The notes under the pieces: generated by a model
What the model was told of the DNA's origin: nothing
The model's database searches: none
The model's input: only the letters and a program-made list of their open reading frames with translations
Translations under genes and position numbers: made by a program
In this document: positions 33,604 through 43,490 of the stretch, one piece after another
Layout: each line of letters begins with the position of its first letter
Position numbering within the stretch: position 1 is the stretch's first letter
Source: Candidatus Parcubacteria bacterium
GTDB taxonomy: Bacteria; Patescibacteriota; Patescibacteriia; Patescibacteriales; UBA12075
Length of the DNA stretch: 64,000 nucleotides
Assembly (NCBI GenBank): GCA_002869165.1
Contig: PKTK01000008.1
Span: forward strand, 9,616-73,615
Direction of reading: 5' to 3'

Positions 33604-35787
33604 ATGGCAAAAATAATCGGAATTGATATTTCTGACAAATCAATAAAAATAGTGGAAGCACGCACTAAAAAAAATGAAGTGCTTGTTTTGAATTATAATT
33701 ACACCAAACTAAAAAAAGATATAATCCAAAATGGTGAAATCAAAGATGAAAAATCACTTTCCTTAATCATTCACGATTTATTAGAGAAGGCTACTCCAGG
33801 ACCAATGAAATCAACAGATGTTTGCTTAGGTATACCTGATTATCTAATATTCAATTTGTTTGAACCAAAAGTTGAAGCAAAAGATGATTCCGGACAACTT
33901 GATGAAATAGTTTTTAATAATATCCCCATAGAATCAAACGACGTTTTTTATACAAATAAAAATGAAACTTTTTTTGGTAATAAATCTAAGAAAAAATACT
34001 ACAAGTATACAGTAGAGGCAACATACAAAAGCTTGATAATGAAATGGGGTAATTTTTTTAAAAAAAATAATTTGAATTTAGTTCAAATAATATCAAATAC
34101 TAGTGCTGCAAATTATGCAATAGATGAAATTAGTAAAAAACAAAGTGCTTGTATTGTTGACATAGGTGAAAAATATACAAATATTAATATCATTTCTGAA
34201 AATGATGTAGTGTATTCATATAGCTCAAATAATGCTGGTTTTCTAATCACAGAAGATATATCAAAAATTAAAATAAGCGCCGATGCTAAAACAATACCCT
34301 GGCCAGAAGCAGAAAAATTAAAAAAAGCTTTTAATCCAAATATAAATGACGAGAAAGGGGTAAATAATGTTGTAGGAAAATACATCAAAGAAATTTGTCA
34401 AAACATTCAATCAACTATAGAGCTTTGCGCAAAAAACAAAAATATTTGTGTAAATAATATTTATATAATTGGCGGTGGGGCTAAAATAAATAGCATAACT
34501 GCGCTTTTCCAAAAATATTTTGATTCTTCAAACATTAAGATAGAGTGTATAAAAAATAAAACTGTGATTGAAAAAGTAAGTGAAAAAGAAAAGAAGAAAC
34601 AAATTCTTGAAAAAACTCAGGTTGACAAAGTTTATGTTCGACATTCGACCTCAAGCATTCTCCAACAAAAAAACCTAGATCTATTGTTTCTTCAGGCCGT
34701 AGGAATATGTAATGCCTACATTAACACCGGTCCATTAATATTTTCAAAAAATAAAATAAAGAATATCCTCAAAAAAGAACAAGCTGATATTAAGCAAAGA
34801 ATAAACAAGGAAGAAAAAGAAGAAAAAGAAAAAAAGGGATCATGGGTAAAAGAAAACAAGAAATTAGTACAGCTTATTATCGTAATATTGCTAGGTGTAA
34901 TGTTATTGCCGCTAGCAATTTGGTACAGAAAAAATAATCAAAAAAAACAAGGTGAATTATATCAAAATGCAGAATATAGTGTAGAAAAAAAAATCACCAT
35001 AAAACCCCAGCTAATTTTTAACGAAACAGAATATCAACCAGGAGTATTAATGTCTAGGGTTGTTGAAGTAACAATTGAAGAGTCTGTAAAATATGACGAA
35101 GCTTTAGATTTAGCAATAGAAAAAGCAAATTCCCTAGTCAACAAAAATGAAAAGATTTGGCCTGAAATAATCAACGATATTGAGGAAGATAATGTTATAT
35201 TTCCTTTAAACTTTGAATTTATAAGTTACAATGAAAATGATGTTAGTGCATTAGCAATGAATGAAGGCAAAGAAAGATACGGCACAAATGAATTTATATT
35301 ATCTGGCTTGGAAATAATTTCTCTAGATAAAAAGTCTACAGACTATTTTCTAGAAATAGAAATAAATTATCTGGTCAACCCAGGAATAGAAGATAAAAAA
35401 GTGAGTGAAAATCTTGAGGATACTCAAGACCAAAACAATCCAGAAGAGAATACTGAAACAAATGAAGAAAAAGAAACATCTACAGATATGAACAAAGAAG
35501 AAGCTAATGAGAATATAGACGAAAATTTCAATGCAGATTTTTTGAAACAATTACTTGAACAAGCCAACCAAAATAAATTCGATAACTACATTACCATACT
35601 TGATACTGGAGTAGGTTATTTAAACGTCCGAACCGGTCCAGGAAAAGACTATGACTTAATAGAGCAAGTTTATCCTGGGGAAGTTTATGAACTTATAGAT
35701 GAAGAAAATAGCTGGTCAAAAATAAATATTAATGGCTTAGAAGAAGCCTGGGTAAATGATGATTATGTTGAAAAAACAAAAAAATAA
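33604..35787 (+). CDS. PilM-like actin-fold protein fused to a TM segment, an acidic linker and a C-terminal SH3b domain (copy 1)
   Basis: N-terminus AKIIGIDISDKSIKIVEA and IYIIGGGAKI (PilM/FtsA-like). TM helix LVQLIIVILLGVMLLPLAIW. C-terminus GYLNVRTGPGKDYDLIEQVYPGEVYELIDEENSWSKI (bacterial SH3-like). Confidence 0.7.
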   Translation: MAKIIGIDISDKSIKIVEARTKKNEVLVLNYNYTKLKKDIIQNGEIKDEKSLSLIIHDLLEKATPGPMKSTDVCLGIPDYLIFNLFEPKVEAKDDSGQLDEIVFNNIPIESNDVFYTNKNETFFGNKSKKKYYKYTVEATYKSLIMKWGNFFKKNNLNLVQIISNTSAANYAIDEISKKQSACIVDIGEKYTNINIISENDVVYSYSSNNAGFLITEDISKIKISADAKTIPWPEAEKLKKAFNPNINDEKGVNNVVGKYIKEICQNIQSTIELCAKNKNICVNNIYIIGGGAKINSITALFQKYFDSSNIKIECIKNKTVIEKVSEKEKKKQILEKTQVDKVYVRHSTSSILQQKNLDLLFLQAVGICNAYINTGPLIFSKNKIKNILKKEQADIKQRINKEEKEEKEKKGSWVKENKKLVQLIIVILLGVMLLPLAIWYRKNNQKKQGELYQNAEYSVEKKITIKPQLIFNETEYQPGVLMSRVVEVTIEESVKYDEALDLAIEKANSLVNKNEKIWPEIINDIEEDNVIFPLNFEFISYNENDVSALAMNEGKERYGTNEFILSGLEIISLDKKSTDYFLEIEINYLVNPGIEDKKVSENLEDTQDQNNPEENTETNEEKETSTDMNKEEANENIDENFNADFLKQLLEQANQNKFDNYITILDTGVGYLNVRTGPGKDYDLIEQVYPGEVYELIDEENSWSKININGLEEAWVNDDYVEKTKK

Positions 35788-36277
35788 AATAAATGGTTTT
35801 ACTTTTTTAGAAATACTTATAGCTGTTTCTTTAATAGCTATTCTTTCTTCTATTGTTTATATCAATATAAACCCTGAAGGAAGATTCAGAGAATCACGCA
35901 ACTCTCAAAGAGATGCAGATATTCATGAATTACTACAGGCTATTACATTGTATAAATCAGACAACAACAATCAATTACCCCAAAGTATCACTTCACTTAC
36001 GCGTGATTTATATTATCAAATTGGCACTGGCTCAGACTGCGATGATTTATGCGAAAATCCTATTATTAACTTAGAAAATACCTGCCTTGACCTTAGTTTT
36101 CTGAGTAACAATGGCTACACCACCGACATCCCAATTGATCCTGGAAATAACGGAGCATCTGCTTTAGAAACTCGATACTTTTTAAGCTTAAGCACTGAGG
36201 GACTTTTAACAATTGGTAACTGTTCTGAAGAAGCAGATATAAACAACATTACACCTCAAATACAAATAACAAAATAA
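35756..36277 (+). CDS. Type IV pilin (major pilin candidate, copy 1)
   Basis: KING|FTFLEILIAVSLIAILSS, RFRESRNSQRDADI, four conserved Cys. Clear paralogue of 39279-39797. Confidence 0.75.
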   Translation: MMIMLKKQKNKINGFTFLEILIAVSLIAILSSIVYININPEGRFRESRNSQRDADIHELLQAITLYKSDNNNQLPQSITSLTRDLYYQIGTGSDCDDLCENPIINLENTCLDLSFLSNNGYTTDIPIDPGNNGASALETRYFLSLSTEGLLTIGNCSEEADINNITPQIQITK

Positions 36278-36279
36278 TT

Positions 36280-36648
36280 ATGAAAAAAGTACTTATAATT
36301 GAAGATGAAGAAAATCTACAAAAACTTTATCAACTAAAAATTGAAATGGCTGATTTTGAAGTAGAATGTGCAAATAATGGCATCGAAGGTTATAATAAAT
36401 CAATAAATTTTAAACCGGATCTTATTCTATTGGACTTAATGATGCCCAAACAAAACGGTTTTGACACTCTAGAACAACTAAAAAAGAACAACAAAACCAA
36501 AAACATCCCTGTGATAATTCTTTCTAACCTTGGTCATGAAAATGATATTGAAATGGTTATGGAGCTTGGAGCAAAAGAACATCTCGTCAAATCACAAATT
36601 GAGTTAGACGAGTTAGTGAATAAGGTAAAATTATATACCAGCAAATAG
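36280..36648 (+). CDS. Stand-alone receiver-domain response regulator
   Basis: VLIIEDEEN, DLILLDLMMPKQNGF, IPVIILSNLGHENDIE, LVKS. Confidence 0.85.
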   Translation: MKKVLIIEDEENLQKLYQLKIEMADFEVECANNGIEGYNKSINFKPDLILLDLMMPKQNGFDTLEQLKKNNKTKNIPVIILSNLGHENDIEMVMELGAKEHLVKSQIELDELVNKVKLYTSK

Positions 36649-36837
36649 CAAACAAATCTACACACTTTTAGTTAATTTAGACATGTTATCAAAAATCCTA
36701 TAATTTATAATATTAAACGAAATAAAAAAGACTCACTTCATTTTTGTAAATATTAACTAATTCGATGACATTTTTTGACATTTCTACTCCCTTTTTGTAA
36801 TACCTACTTTTTTTTAACATTACTACTCACCCTTTTT

Positions 36838-36991
36838 TCTTTCCCGCGAAGACAGAAATCCAGAAAAAACACATACTGTTAATTAATTTATATACTTAAA
36901 CTAACTCAAATAAAGTTTATTAATATTTATTTTTAAGCCTGTAATCAAGGTTGTGCAATACCAACGTGGATTACTTCCTTCGCAGGAATGA
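36838..36991. repeat. Palindromic intergenic element, degenerate copy (arms TTCCCGCGAAGACAGAAATCC / GGATTACTTCCTTCGCAGGAA)
   Basis: 21-nt arms at 36841-36861 and 36968-36988, about 17/21 complementary, 106-nt spacer. TCATTCC...GAATC-type termini as in the other copies. Confidence 0.45.
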
Positions 36992-37082
36992 TAAAATATA
37001 AATTAAAACAAATAAGTTCCCTCTTTAATAGAAATTAGATCTTTGATGATTCATAATAAAAAGAAATAACCAATTTTTAAAT

Positions 37083-37118
37083 AAAAAAAGACCATTGCAT
37101 ATCTAATGGTCTTTTTTT
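37083..37118. terminator. Bidirectional rho-independent terminator between the convergent pilus arms
   Basis: aaaaaaagaccatt-gcatatct-aatggtcttttttt. Perfect stem flanked by an A-run and a T-run, 14 nt after the MCP stop codon. Confidence 0.7.
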
Positions 37119-37131
37119 ATTATTAAAGCTT

Positions 37132-39261
37132 TTAGTCTTCTACTTTGTCGTCATCAACTTTTTTGTCATTATTATTTTCTTCTTGAGTTTTTCCTAGATC
37201 AAAATTTGAAGAGTCACTAATCTTAAAAGCTGCTATCAAGCTTTTTAATTCCTCAGCTTGAACATTTAACTGTTGTGCTGTACTTGATACCTGTTGCATT
37301 GATGATGATACTTGTTGGACTGCTGATGATACTTCACCAGATCCAGCTGCATTTTGTTCAGTTACAGCTGATACATTTACCAATGTTTTATTAATATTAT
37401 TAATTGACTTAGGAATTTCGGCAAAGGCTTGTTGGGTTTTGGTAGCCGCAGCCATACCTTGACCCACATTTTTTATACTGTTTTCAAAATCAACAACAAA
37501 TGTTTCGATTGTTCTTTGTATGCCTTTAATTAAGGTATCGATATCAGAAGTTGCTTTTTGAGATTCTTCAGCTAATTTCCTAACTTCCTCTGCTACCACC
37601 GCAAATCCCCTTCCAGCATCTCCAGCTCGAGCTGCTTCAATAGCTGCATTCAAAGCAAGTAGGTTGGTTTGTGAAGAAATTGAATTAATAGTGTCAATAA
37701 TTGTACCAATTTTCTTTGGTTCTTCTGCTAATATCTTTAACTTTTGAGAAGTGTCTCTGGTTGAGTCTCTAAGTTTTTCCATTTTCTGCATCAAATCATG
37801 GGCTGAATCTGCTCCTAGTTGAGAACTTTTTTCAGTTTCTGATGCAGCTTTTCTTGAATCTGCCACTGACCTTGATACATCCTGAGCTCCAGCTGCAATC
37901 TGCTGAATAGTCGATGATATCTGTTGCATAGCTGCATTAACCTCTTCAGCTGAAGTAGATAATTGATCTGCTGAGACAGCAGTTGAAACAACGGAACTTT
38001 TTATATTAGAAATTAATTTCTTAATTTTATTAATCATTACCGAAAATGAATGGGATAATTTGTTTATCTCACCTGCGCCTTTTTTTTCATCAACTAATAT
38101 TTCAAGATTACCTTCGGATGCTTCTTCAGTTAATTGACTCAAACCCTTTACTGGATTAGCAATATAAGAAGCAAACAAATAAGAAATCACTAGACAAATT
38201 AAAATTGATACAATAAGCAAAGTCCAAATCTGCCTTTGGGCTGCAAATAAAGTTGTTTCAAAATCTTCGCTGTAAGAACTAGCAGCAATTGACCAATCCC
38301 ATTCAGGATAATAAAGCACTGAAGCAATTTTATTTCTAGCTTTTACCTCTCCTTCGTTTTTCCATGGATAATTATAAATAAATAGATCTTCCCCATTCAA
38401 AGCCTTGGCTCCATTAATCATTTCCTGAATAAACAATCTTCCGTCAGCATCTTTTGCTCCCCAAATATTTTCTCCATCCCTGGATCTATTCTTTGACAGT
38501 ACATAATTACCTTCACCGTCTATAATCCAAACATAACCACTTTTACCAATAACCGTTTCTGAAACAGAGTCTAGCAATTCTTTTTGAAAATCAACTTCAG
38601 GAATACCGTTATAAAACACACCAATAACGTTTCCAGAATTATCAAATATTGGTTGATACACTGTCATGTACCAGCCATTTACTACATAAGCCCTGCCTTT
38701 GAATGTCTCACCACTCATTATTGTTTTATAAACAGGGGAATCACTAGGAATATATGTACCTGTTGCTCTTTCATTTTCCAAAGTCATTACATTTGTTGTT
38801 ACCCTCAGTAGTCCATTAGGAATTACCTGAAATAAAGTAACAGTTCCACCAATAATATCACGAATTTCATCAACAATCCTATGATCAGTTATTTTCCTAC
38901 CTCCAATCAACATCTCAGGAATTGTAACTTTTGAAGAGTCTTTTGTTATTTGATTAACTGCGTCGAATGTCAAAGAACTACTAGTACTCAAAACCGCTGA
39001 ACCATAAGAGATGAACAAGTTATAACCATTTTCTGAATCCCCTATTACTTCTTTTTCTGCCATCCGATAAATTGATTGGATACTATTTCTAACTAATTCA
39101 GTCTCAGTAGTTAGCTGTTCTTCAACTTGCATATAGTTTTCTTCTGTCATTATGTTTATTCCGTAGATACCCACAATAGACAAGGGCACAGCGACCAACA
39201 AACTCGTGATAATCACTAATTGCCACTTAATGCTAAAATTCTTTAGAAAATTGTTTTTCAT
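37132..39261 (-). CDS. Methyl-accepting chemotaxis protein with periplasmic Cache-like domain and HAMP
   Basis: Two TM helices flank a ~300-aa sensor domain. HAMP ([20 protein letters not shown]...). Conserved signalling hairpin [35 protein letters not shown]. Confidence 0.9.
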   Translation of the reverse strand: MKNNFLKNFSIKWQLVIITSLLVAVPLSIVGIYGINIMTEENYMQVEEQLTTETELVRNSIQSIYRMAEKEVIGDSENGYNLFISYGSAVLSTSSSLTFDAVNQITKDSSKVTIPEMLIGGRKITDHRIVDEIRDIIGGTVTLFQVIPNGLLRVTTNVMTLENERATGTYIPSDSPVYKTIMSGETFKGRAYVVNGWYMTVYQPIFDNSGNVIGVFYNGIPEVDFQKELLDSVSETVIGKSGYVWIIDGEGNYVLSKNRSRDGENIWGAKDADGRLFIQEMINGAKALNGEDLFIYNYPWKNEGEVKARNKIASVLYYPEWDWSIAASSYSEDFETTLFAAQRQIWTLLIVSILICLVISYLFASYIANPVKGLSQLTEEASEGNLEILVDEKKGAGEINKLSHSFSVMINKIKKLISNIKSSVVSTAVSADQLSTSAEEVNAAMQQISSTIQQIAAGAQDVSRSVADSRKAASETEKSSQLGADSAHDLMQKMEKLRDSTRDTSQKLKILAEEPKKIGTIIDTINSISSQTNLLALNAAIEAARAGDAGRGFAVVAEEVRKLAEESQKATSDIDTLIKGIQRTIETFVVDFENSIKNVGQGMAAATKTQQAFAEIPKSINNINKTLVNVSAVTEQNAAGSGEVSSAVQQVSSSMQQVSSTAQQLNVQAEELKSLIAAFKISDSSNFDLGKTQEENNNDKKVDDDKVED

Positions 39262-39278
39262 ATATTTATATTATAAAA

Positions 39279-39797
39279 TTATCTGGTTGATGAAATACTG
39301 GGTGGTGTGGTTTGTGAGCCAGCTTCCTCAGAACAGGATCCAACAGTAATAGCGCCACTTGTATGTTTAACTAAATAATAATAAGAGTAGTTTGATCCAG
39401 CTCCAGTTTGTGACGGATCAAATGGAATTTCTTGTAAATATCCATCATCAAGTAATCCTTCTAGGTCAACACAATCAGCTTGCAAAACAACAGTTGGATT
39501 AGAGCAAGTTTTATTACAATCCCCTTCAGTTCCAATCATATAATAATAATCATTTGTTAAATCATTGATAGCATCCATATAAAGTCCTCCATTGTCTACT
39601 TGATCAAGTTTTACCGCTGACAAAACAGCATTCACGTCCGTCCATCTTTGAGCATTTCTAGAATCTTGAAAACGTGCTAATGGATCAAGGGCAACAAAGG
39701 CCAGTGACGCTAAAACAGCAATTACACCGATTACAATCAATAATTCAACTAAAGTAAAACCCCTCTTTTCAGTTTTTAAAAACAAGTTTTTAATCAT
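39279..39797 (-). CDS. Type IV pilin (major pilin candidate, copy 2)
   Basis: KRG|FTLVELLIVIGVIAVLAS, RFQDSRNAQRWTDV. Same four-Cys pattern and ...GSCSEEA C-terminal motif as 35756-36277. Confidence 0.8.
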   Translation of the reverse strand: MIKNLFLKTEKRGFTLVELLIVIGVIAVLASLAFVALDPLARFQDSRNAQRWTDVNAVLSAVKLDQVDNGGLYMDAINDLTNDYYYMIGTEGDCNKTCSNPTVVLQADCVDLEGLLDDGYLQEIPFDPSQTGAGSNYSYYYLVKHTSGAITVGSCSEEAGSQTTPPSISSTR

Positions 39798-39885
39798 ATA
39801 TTTATATTTTTCCTAATATTAAACAAAAATAATCAAAATGCAATAAAACAATCTCTACTGAGTTATACACATAGTATAGCATTTT

Positions 39886-41394
39886 TTAGTCATTTAGTAA
39901 AATGTTTTTAGTTGTTTTAGTAGCATAATTAGCGCTAACCCACCCCTCAAATTCTTCATTTAAAAGTATCTTAAACCATAAATCCTTCTCTTCTAAAAGT
40001 TCGTATTCAGACCCTGGTTCAATCTGACCTATTATCTCGCTGGATGTAGAATTACTTGCTCGTACATTCAACTTCATTCCTATCTCGTCTACTACAATAA
40101 ACATCTTGTCAGTATAAATCGGCGGCGCTTCTTCTACTACATTAATTTCTTCTACGGCATTCTCAATCTCACTCTCAGACACTTGACTATTTCTTATTAA
40201 TGATGTTTTAAACCACACCACTAAACTAGCTGTCAATATAAACGAAGCGAGCAAAACTACTTTGAATAGATTTTTATAATCAAAAAAACGACTGCTTACT
40301 TCTTTAATTTTTAAATATTCATTACCTACCACTCCTGAAATAAACATTGGATCTGTTTTGTCCCATTTGTGATAAAATTCTCTCATTGCTAAGCCAACAC
40401 ACCGGTAATATTTTTGCTCCAAATCATTAAAATCTTCAGATGACTTAAAACTAACCACATTAGAATTCCTTAAACTGCTCTTTAAAATATTAATAATTTT
40501 TTCCTGAAAATATTCACCATATAGAACTAACAATGATTCATCTGTAAATTGATCTTTGGAATTATTAACTATTCTAGAGTTGTAATATTCTATATGCTCC
40601 TTTATCTCCAGGCCCACTTCTTCAAAATAATTATTAATCAAGTTTCCTCCTTTCTCATCATTACTTTGATCGTCATGAAAAATATAAGTCATCGCTTCTG
40701 TTTCCCCAATATTCTTCATTTTCATTACTTCTTCCAGTAATTTATTAAACCCTGACATAATTGAATAATTATATCTAATACTGTTTTTTGTAAAAAAGGA
40801 TATTTGAATTATTTCTCTAGAAAAATCTACTAATAAAATATTCTTCCCCTGATATTCACTATGTAGTGTTCGATACAAAGATAAGCCCTCTGTATCAAAT
40901 AATTCAATTTCTTTGTTGATTTGTTCAAAAATATTTTGCCAATTCAGTATCGTCTTTTTTCTGGTAGCTACTACCACGACATTAAAACTGTTGCTGGAAT
41001 TTTTAGAGTCTTTTTCTATTGCTTTATATACAAAAATACCATCTTCTTCTGATATTGGAATATTATCTCTATATTCTTTTAGTGCTCTATTTTTTAATCC
41101 TCCTAAACCGCTGTCCAACTCAAATATATGAGTATAGACCCTTTCATCAGGAATCGAAAAATGCAGTCTAGTTCCCTTTATAGACTGAGGTTCTGCTTGA
41201 GCAAATGCTTTGTTTATTGATTTAACAAGCAGGTTAGAATTTTTTATCACCCCTCTTTCAATTATCCCTTTTTCTAAAACCAACTCGCTTTTTGCTGAAA
41301 CAGCTATTTTTTTTTCTTGTTTTTCTAATTCAACTACCCTGATACTATGATCATTAACCTCTATTCCGATACTTTTTTTTGATTTATTAAACAT
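39886..41394 (-). CDS. PilM-like protein with TM segment and C-terminal SH3b domain (copy 2)
   Basis: N-terminus KSIGIEVNDHSIRVVEL. TM helix VVLLASFILTASLVVWF. C-terminus KLNVRASNSTSSEIIGQIEPGSEYELLEEKDLWFKI. Confidence 0.7.
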   Translation of the reverse strand: MFNKSKKSIGIEVNDHSIRVVELEKQEKKIAVSAKSELVLEKGIIERGVIKNSNLLVKSINKAFAQAEPQSIKGTRLHFSIPDERVYTHIFELDSGLGGLKNRALKEYRDNIPISEEDGIFVYKAIEKDSKNSSNSFNVVVVATRKKTILNWQNIFEQINKEIELFDTEGLSLYRTLHSEYQGKNILLVDFSREIIQISFFTKNSIRYNYSIMSGFNKLLEEVMKMKNIGETEAMTYIFHDDQSNDEKGGNLINNYFEEVGLEIKEHIEYYNSRIVNNSKDQFTDESLLVLYGEYFQEKIINILKSSLRNSNVVSFKSSEDFNDLEQKYYRCVGLAMREFYHKWDKTDPMFISGVVGNEYLKIKEVSSRFFDYKNLFKVVLLASFILTASLVVWFKTSLIRNSQVSESEIENAVEEINVVEEAPPIYTDKMFIVVDEIGMKLNVRASNSTSSEIIGQIEPGSEYELLEEKDLWFKILLNEEFEGWVSANYATKTTKNILLND

Positions 41395-41395
41395 A

Positions 41396-43084
41396 TTATC
41401 CCATTGTTACTCTTATTACTTCCTCTAAAGTGGTTATACCATTGGCTGCCTTTTCTATTCCATCTTCAAGCATGGTTTTCATTCCTTCGTCTATAGCCTG
41501 ATCTTTTATTTCTAAATTCGTGGCTTCTTTAGTAATTAATTTTTTTATTTTTGGACTAACTTTCAAGATTTCATATATACCAGTCCTTCCACTATAGCCA
41601 GTACCTGAACATGCTTTACAGCCATCACCCTTGTACCATGTAATATCCTTTATATTTTTATTAAAACGTTTTTCAATCCTATTTTGCAAACCCTCTGTAA
41701 TTGCAATAAAACCTAAATCCACTTCTGTTAATCGATATGTGTAACGACATTTAGTACAAATCGTCCTGAGAAGTCTTTGAGCTATCACCACATTCACAGT
41801 AGAAGCAATTAAAAACGGCTCTATCTTCATCTCTAATAAACGTGGTAGTGCAGTTGCTGAATCAGTTGTATGCAAAGTAGATAAAACTAAATGGCCTGTC
41901 ATGCCAGCATTGACAGCGATTTCAGCAGTCTCCGAATCTCGAATTTCCCCCACCATAATAACATCAGGATCTTGTCTAACAATAGCCCTTAAACCGTTTG
42001 CAAAACTAAGTCCGGATTTATTATCTACTTGAATCTGACTAACTCCTTCAATATTATATTCAACTGGATCTTCAATGCTGGCTACATGCACTTTTTCGGT
42101 GTTTATTTTCTTGAGTAGTTCATACATGGTTGTAGTTTTTCCTGAACCAGTAGGACCAGTAACTAAAATCATGCCATGATGATTTAATATAAGCTTCTTG
42201 ATTTGTTTTAAATCCTCTTCACTAAAACCAATACTACTAAGGCTTAAATGCTTGTTTCTCTTTGTTAACAGTCTAAAAACTATATTTTCGCCACCCTTAA
42301 CGGGTAGTATTGAAACTCTAACATCAACATTTTCTCCACTAGCATTAAAAACAAACTTTCCATCTTGTGCACTGCGATGCTCGTCAATTCTAATTTTTGA
42401 TATAATTTTAATTCTGGTAATCAATTTTTCATACACTTCTTTTTGTAACTCTGCCACCCTACTCATCACACCATCAACTCTAAATCTGACACCAATAAAA
42501 TTTTCATAAGGCTCAATATGTACATCAGAGGCTTTTAGATTGTAAGAATGAATAAGAATAGTATCGAGTATCTTTACCATTAATTCATCTTTTTCTTGGC
42601 CAGGACTAGCTTTTAAATATTCCTCCTCTCTTTTTTTTAAATCCTCATATAAACCTGCCTGGTACTGCCAAAAAGTTCTTTCTAGATCTGTCTCTGTTGC
42701 AAAAAAAATTTTTATTTCTGCATCAAAATATTTTTCTAAAAAATCTATCAATTCTAAGTCACCTGGATCAGCCATAGCAATATTATATACATTGTTCTGA
42801 TGCGAAAAAACGATTATTTTCTTTGCCCTAGCCATACCCTCAGGCAAAAGACCCAATAAATCTTCACCGATCTTTTCGTGCTGCAAATCAATAAAAGGTT
42901 TTTTTATTTTTTGAGCAATTAATTGTCCAAATTCATTATCTGCCAAATAGCCCTTTTCAATAATTGCATCATATATAGTTATATTTTTTTCCGTAGCAAA
43001 AAACTTGGCCTGGTCATATTCTTGCTTTGTCAAATACCCTGGCTCAAGAACCAACTCTATTATTTCTTTTTCGGTTAAATTCAT
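41396..43084 (-). CDS. pilB: Type IV pilus assembly ATPase PilB/GspE family (copy 2)
   Basis: GPTGSGKTT, DPDVIMVGEIRD, TGHLVLSTLHTT, CTKCR...CKACSGTG. Confidence 0.9.
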   Translation of the reverse strand: MNLTEKEIIELVLEPGYLTKQEYDQAKFFATEKNITIYDAIIEKGYLADNEFGQLIAQKIKKPFIDLQHEKIGEDLLGLLPEGMARAKKIIVFSHQNNVYNIAMADPGDLELIDFLEKYFDAEIKIFFATETDLERTFWQYQAGLYEDLKKREEEYLKASPGQEKDELMVKILDTILIHSYNLKASDVHIEPYENFIGVRFRVDGVMSRVAELQKEVYEKLITRIKIISKIRIDEHRSAQDGKFVFNASGENVDVRVSILPVKGGENIVFRLLTKRNKHLSLSSIGFSEEDLKQIKKLILNHHGMILVTGPTGSGKTTTMYELLKKINTEKVHVASIEDPVEYNIEGVSQIQVDNKSGLSFANGLRAIVRQDPDVIMVGEIRDSETAEIAVNAGMTGHLVLSTLHTTDSATALPRLLEMKIEPFLIASTVNVVIAQRLLRTICTKCRYTYRLTEVDLGFIAITEGLQNRIEKRFNKNIKDITWYKGDGCKACSGTGYSGRTGIYEILKVSPKIKKLITKEATNLEIKDQAIDEGMKTMLEDGIEKAANGITTLEEVIRVTMG

Positions 43085-43086
43085 AT

Positions 43087-43464
43087 TTAGTCTAAATGTT
43101 CATTAATTTTCTTAACCACTTCAGCAACAGAAAAATTTGCCTTTATCAAATAATCAACTGCTCCCAATTGCTTCCCTTTTTCTATATCTGTTTCCTGTCC
43201 TAAATTCGATAAAACTATAATTGGAATATCTTTGTATTCTTCATTTAATTTAATTTCTTCTATTGTCTCAAAACCATTTTTATCTGTCATAATTACATCC
43301 ATCAAAATTATGTCTGGCTTGTTTTCTTTAAGAATTTCCATGACATGATTTCCATCAGATGCATGAAAAACCTCAAAACCAGCTCTTTGTAATCCACCTA
43401 AATAAGCTTTAGATATAAATTTATCATCTTCAGCTAAAATTACTTTTATTTTTTTATCAGTCAT
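43087..43464 (-). CDS. Stand-alone receiver-domain response regulator (canonical Asp)
   Basis: VILAEDDKF, DIILMDVIMTDKNGF, IPIIVLSNLGQETDIE, YLIKA. Ends 2 nt before pilB copy 2. Confidence 0.85.
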   Translation of the reverse strand: MTDKKIKVILAEDDKFISKAYLGGLQRAGFEVFHASDGNHVMEILKENKPDIILMDVIMTDKNGFETIEEIKLNEEYKDIPIIVLSNLGQETDIEKGKQLGAVDYLIKANFSVAEVVKKINEHLD

Positions 43465-43490
43465 AATACTTTTTTATATAATTATTTAAA

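Noticed and set aside
36649-37131. tRNA or other structured RNA gene in the long convergent spacer (also checked 59349-59754 and 46700-47046)
   Set aside because: No T-loop (GGTTCGAATCC-like) or cloverleaf-compatible segments were seen. Only the palindromic repeat and a terminator are present.
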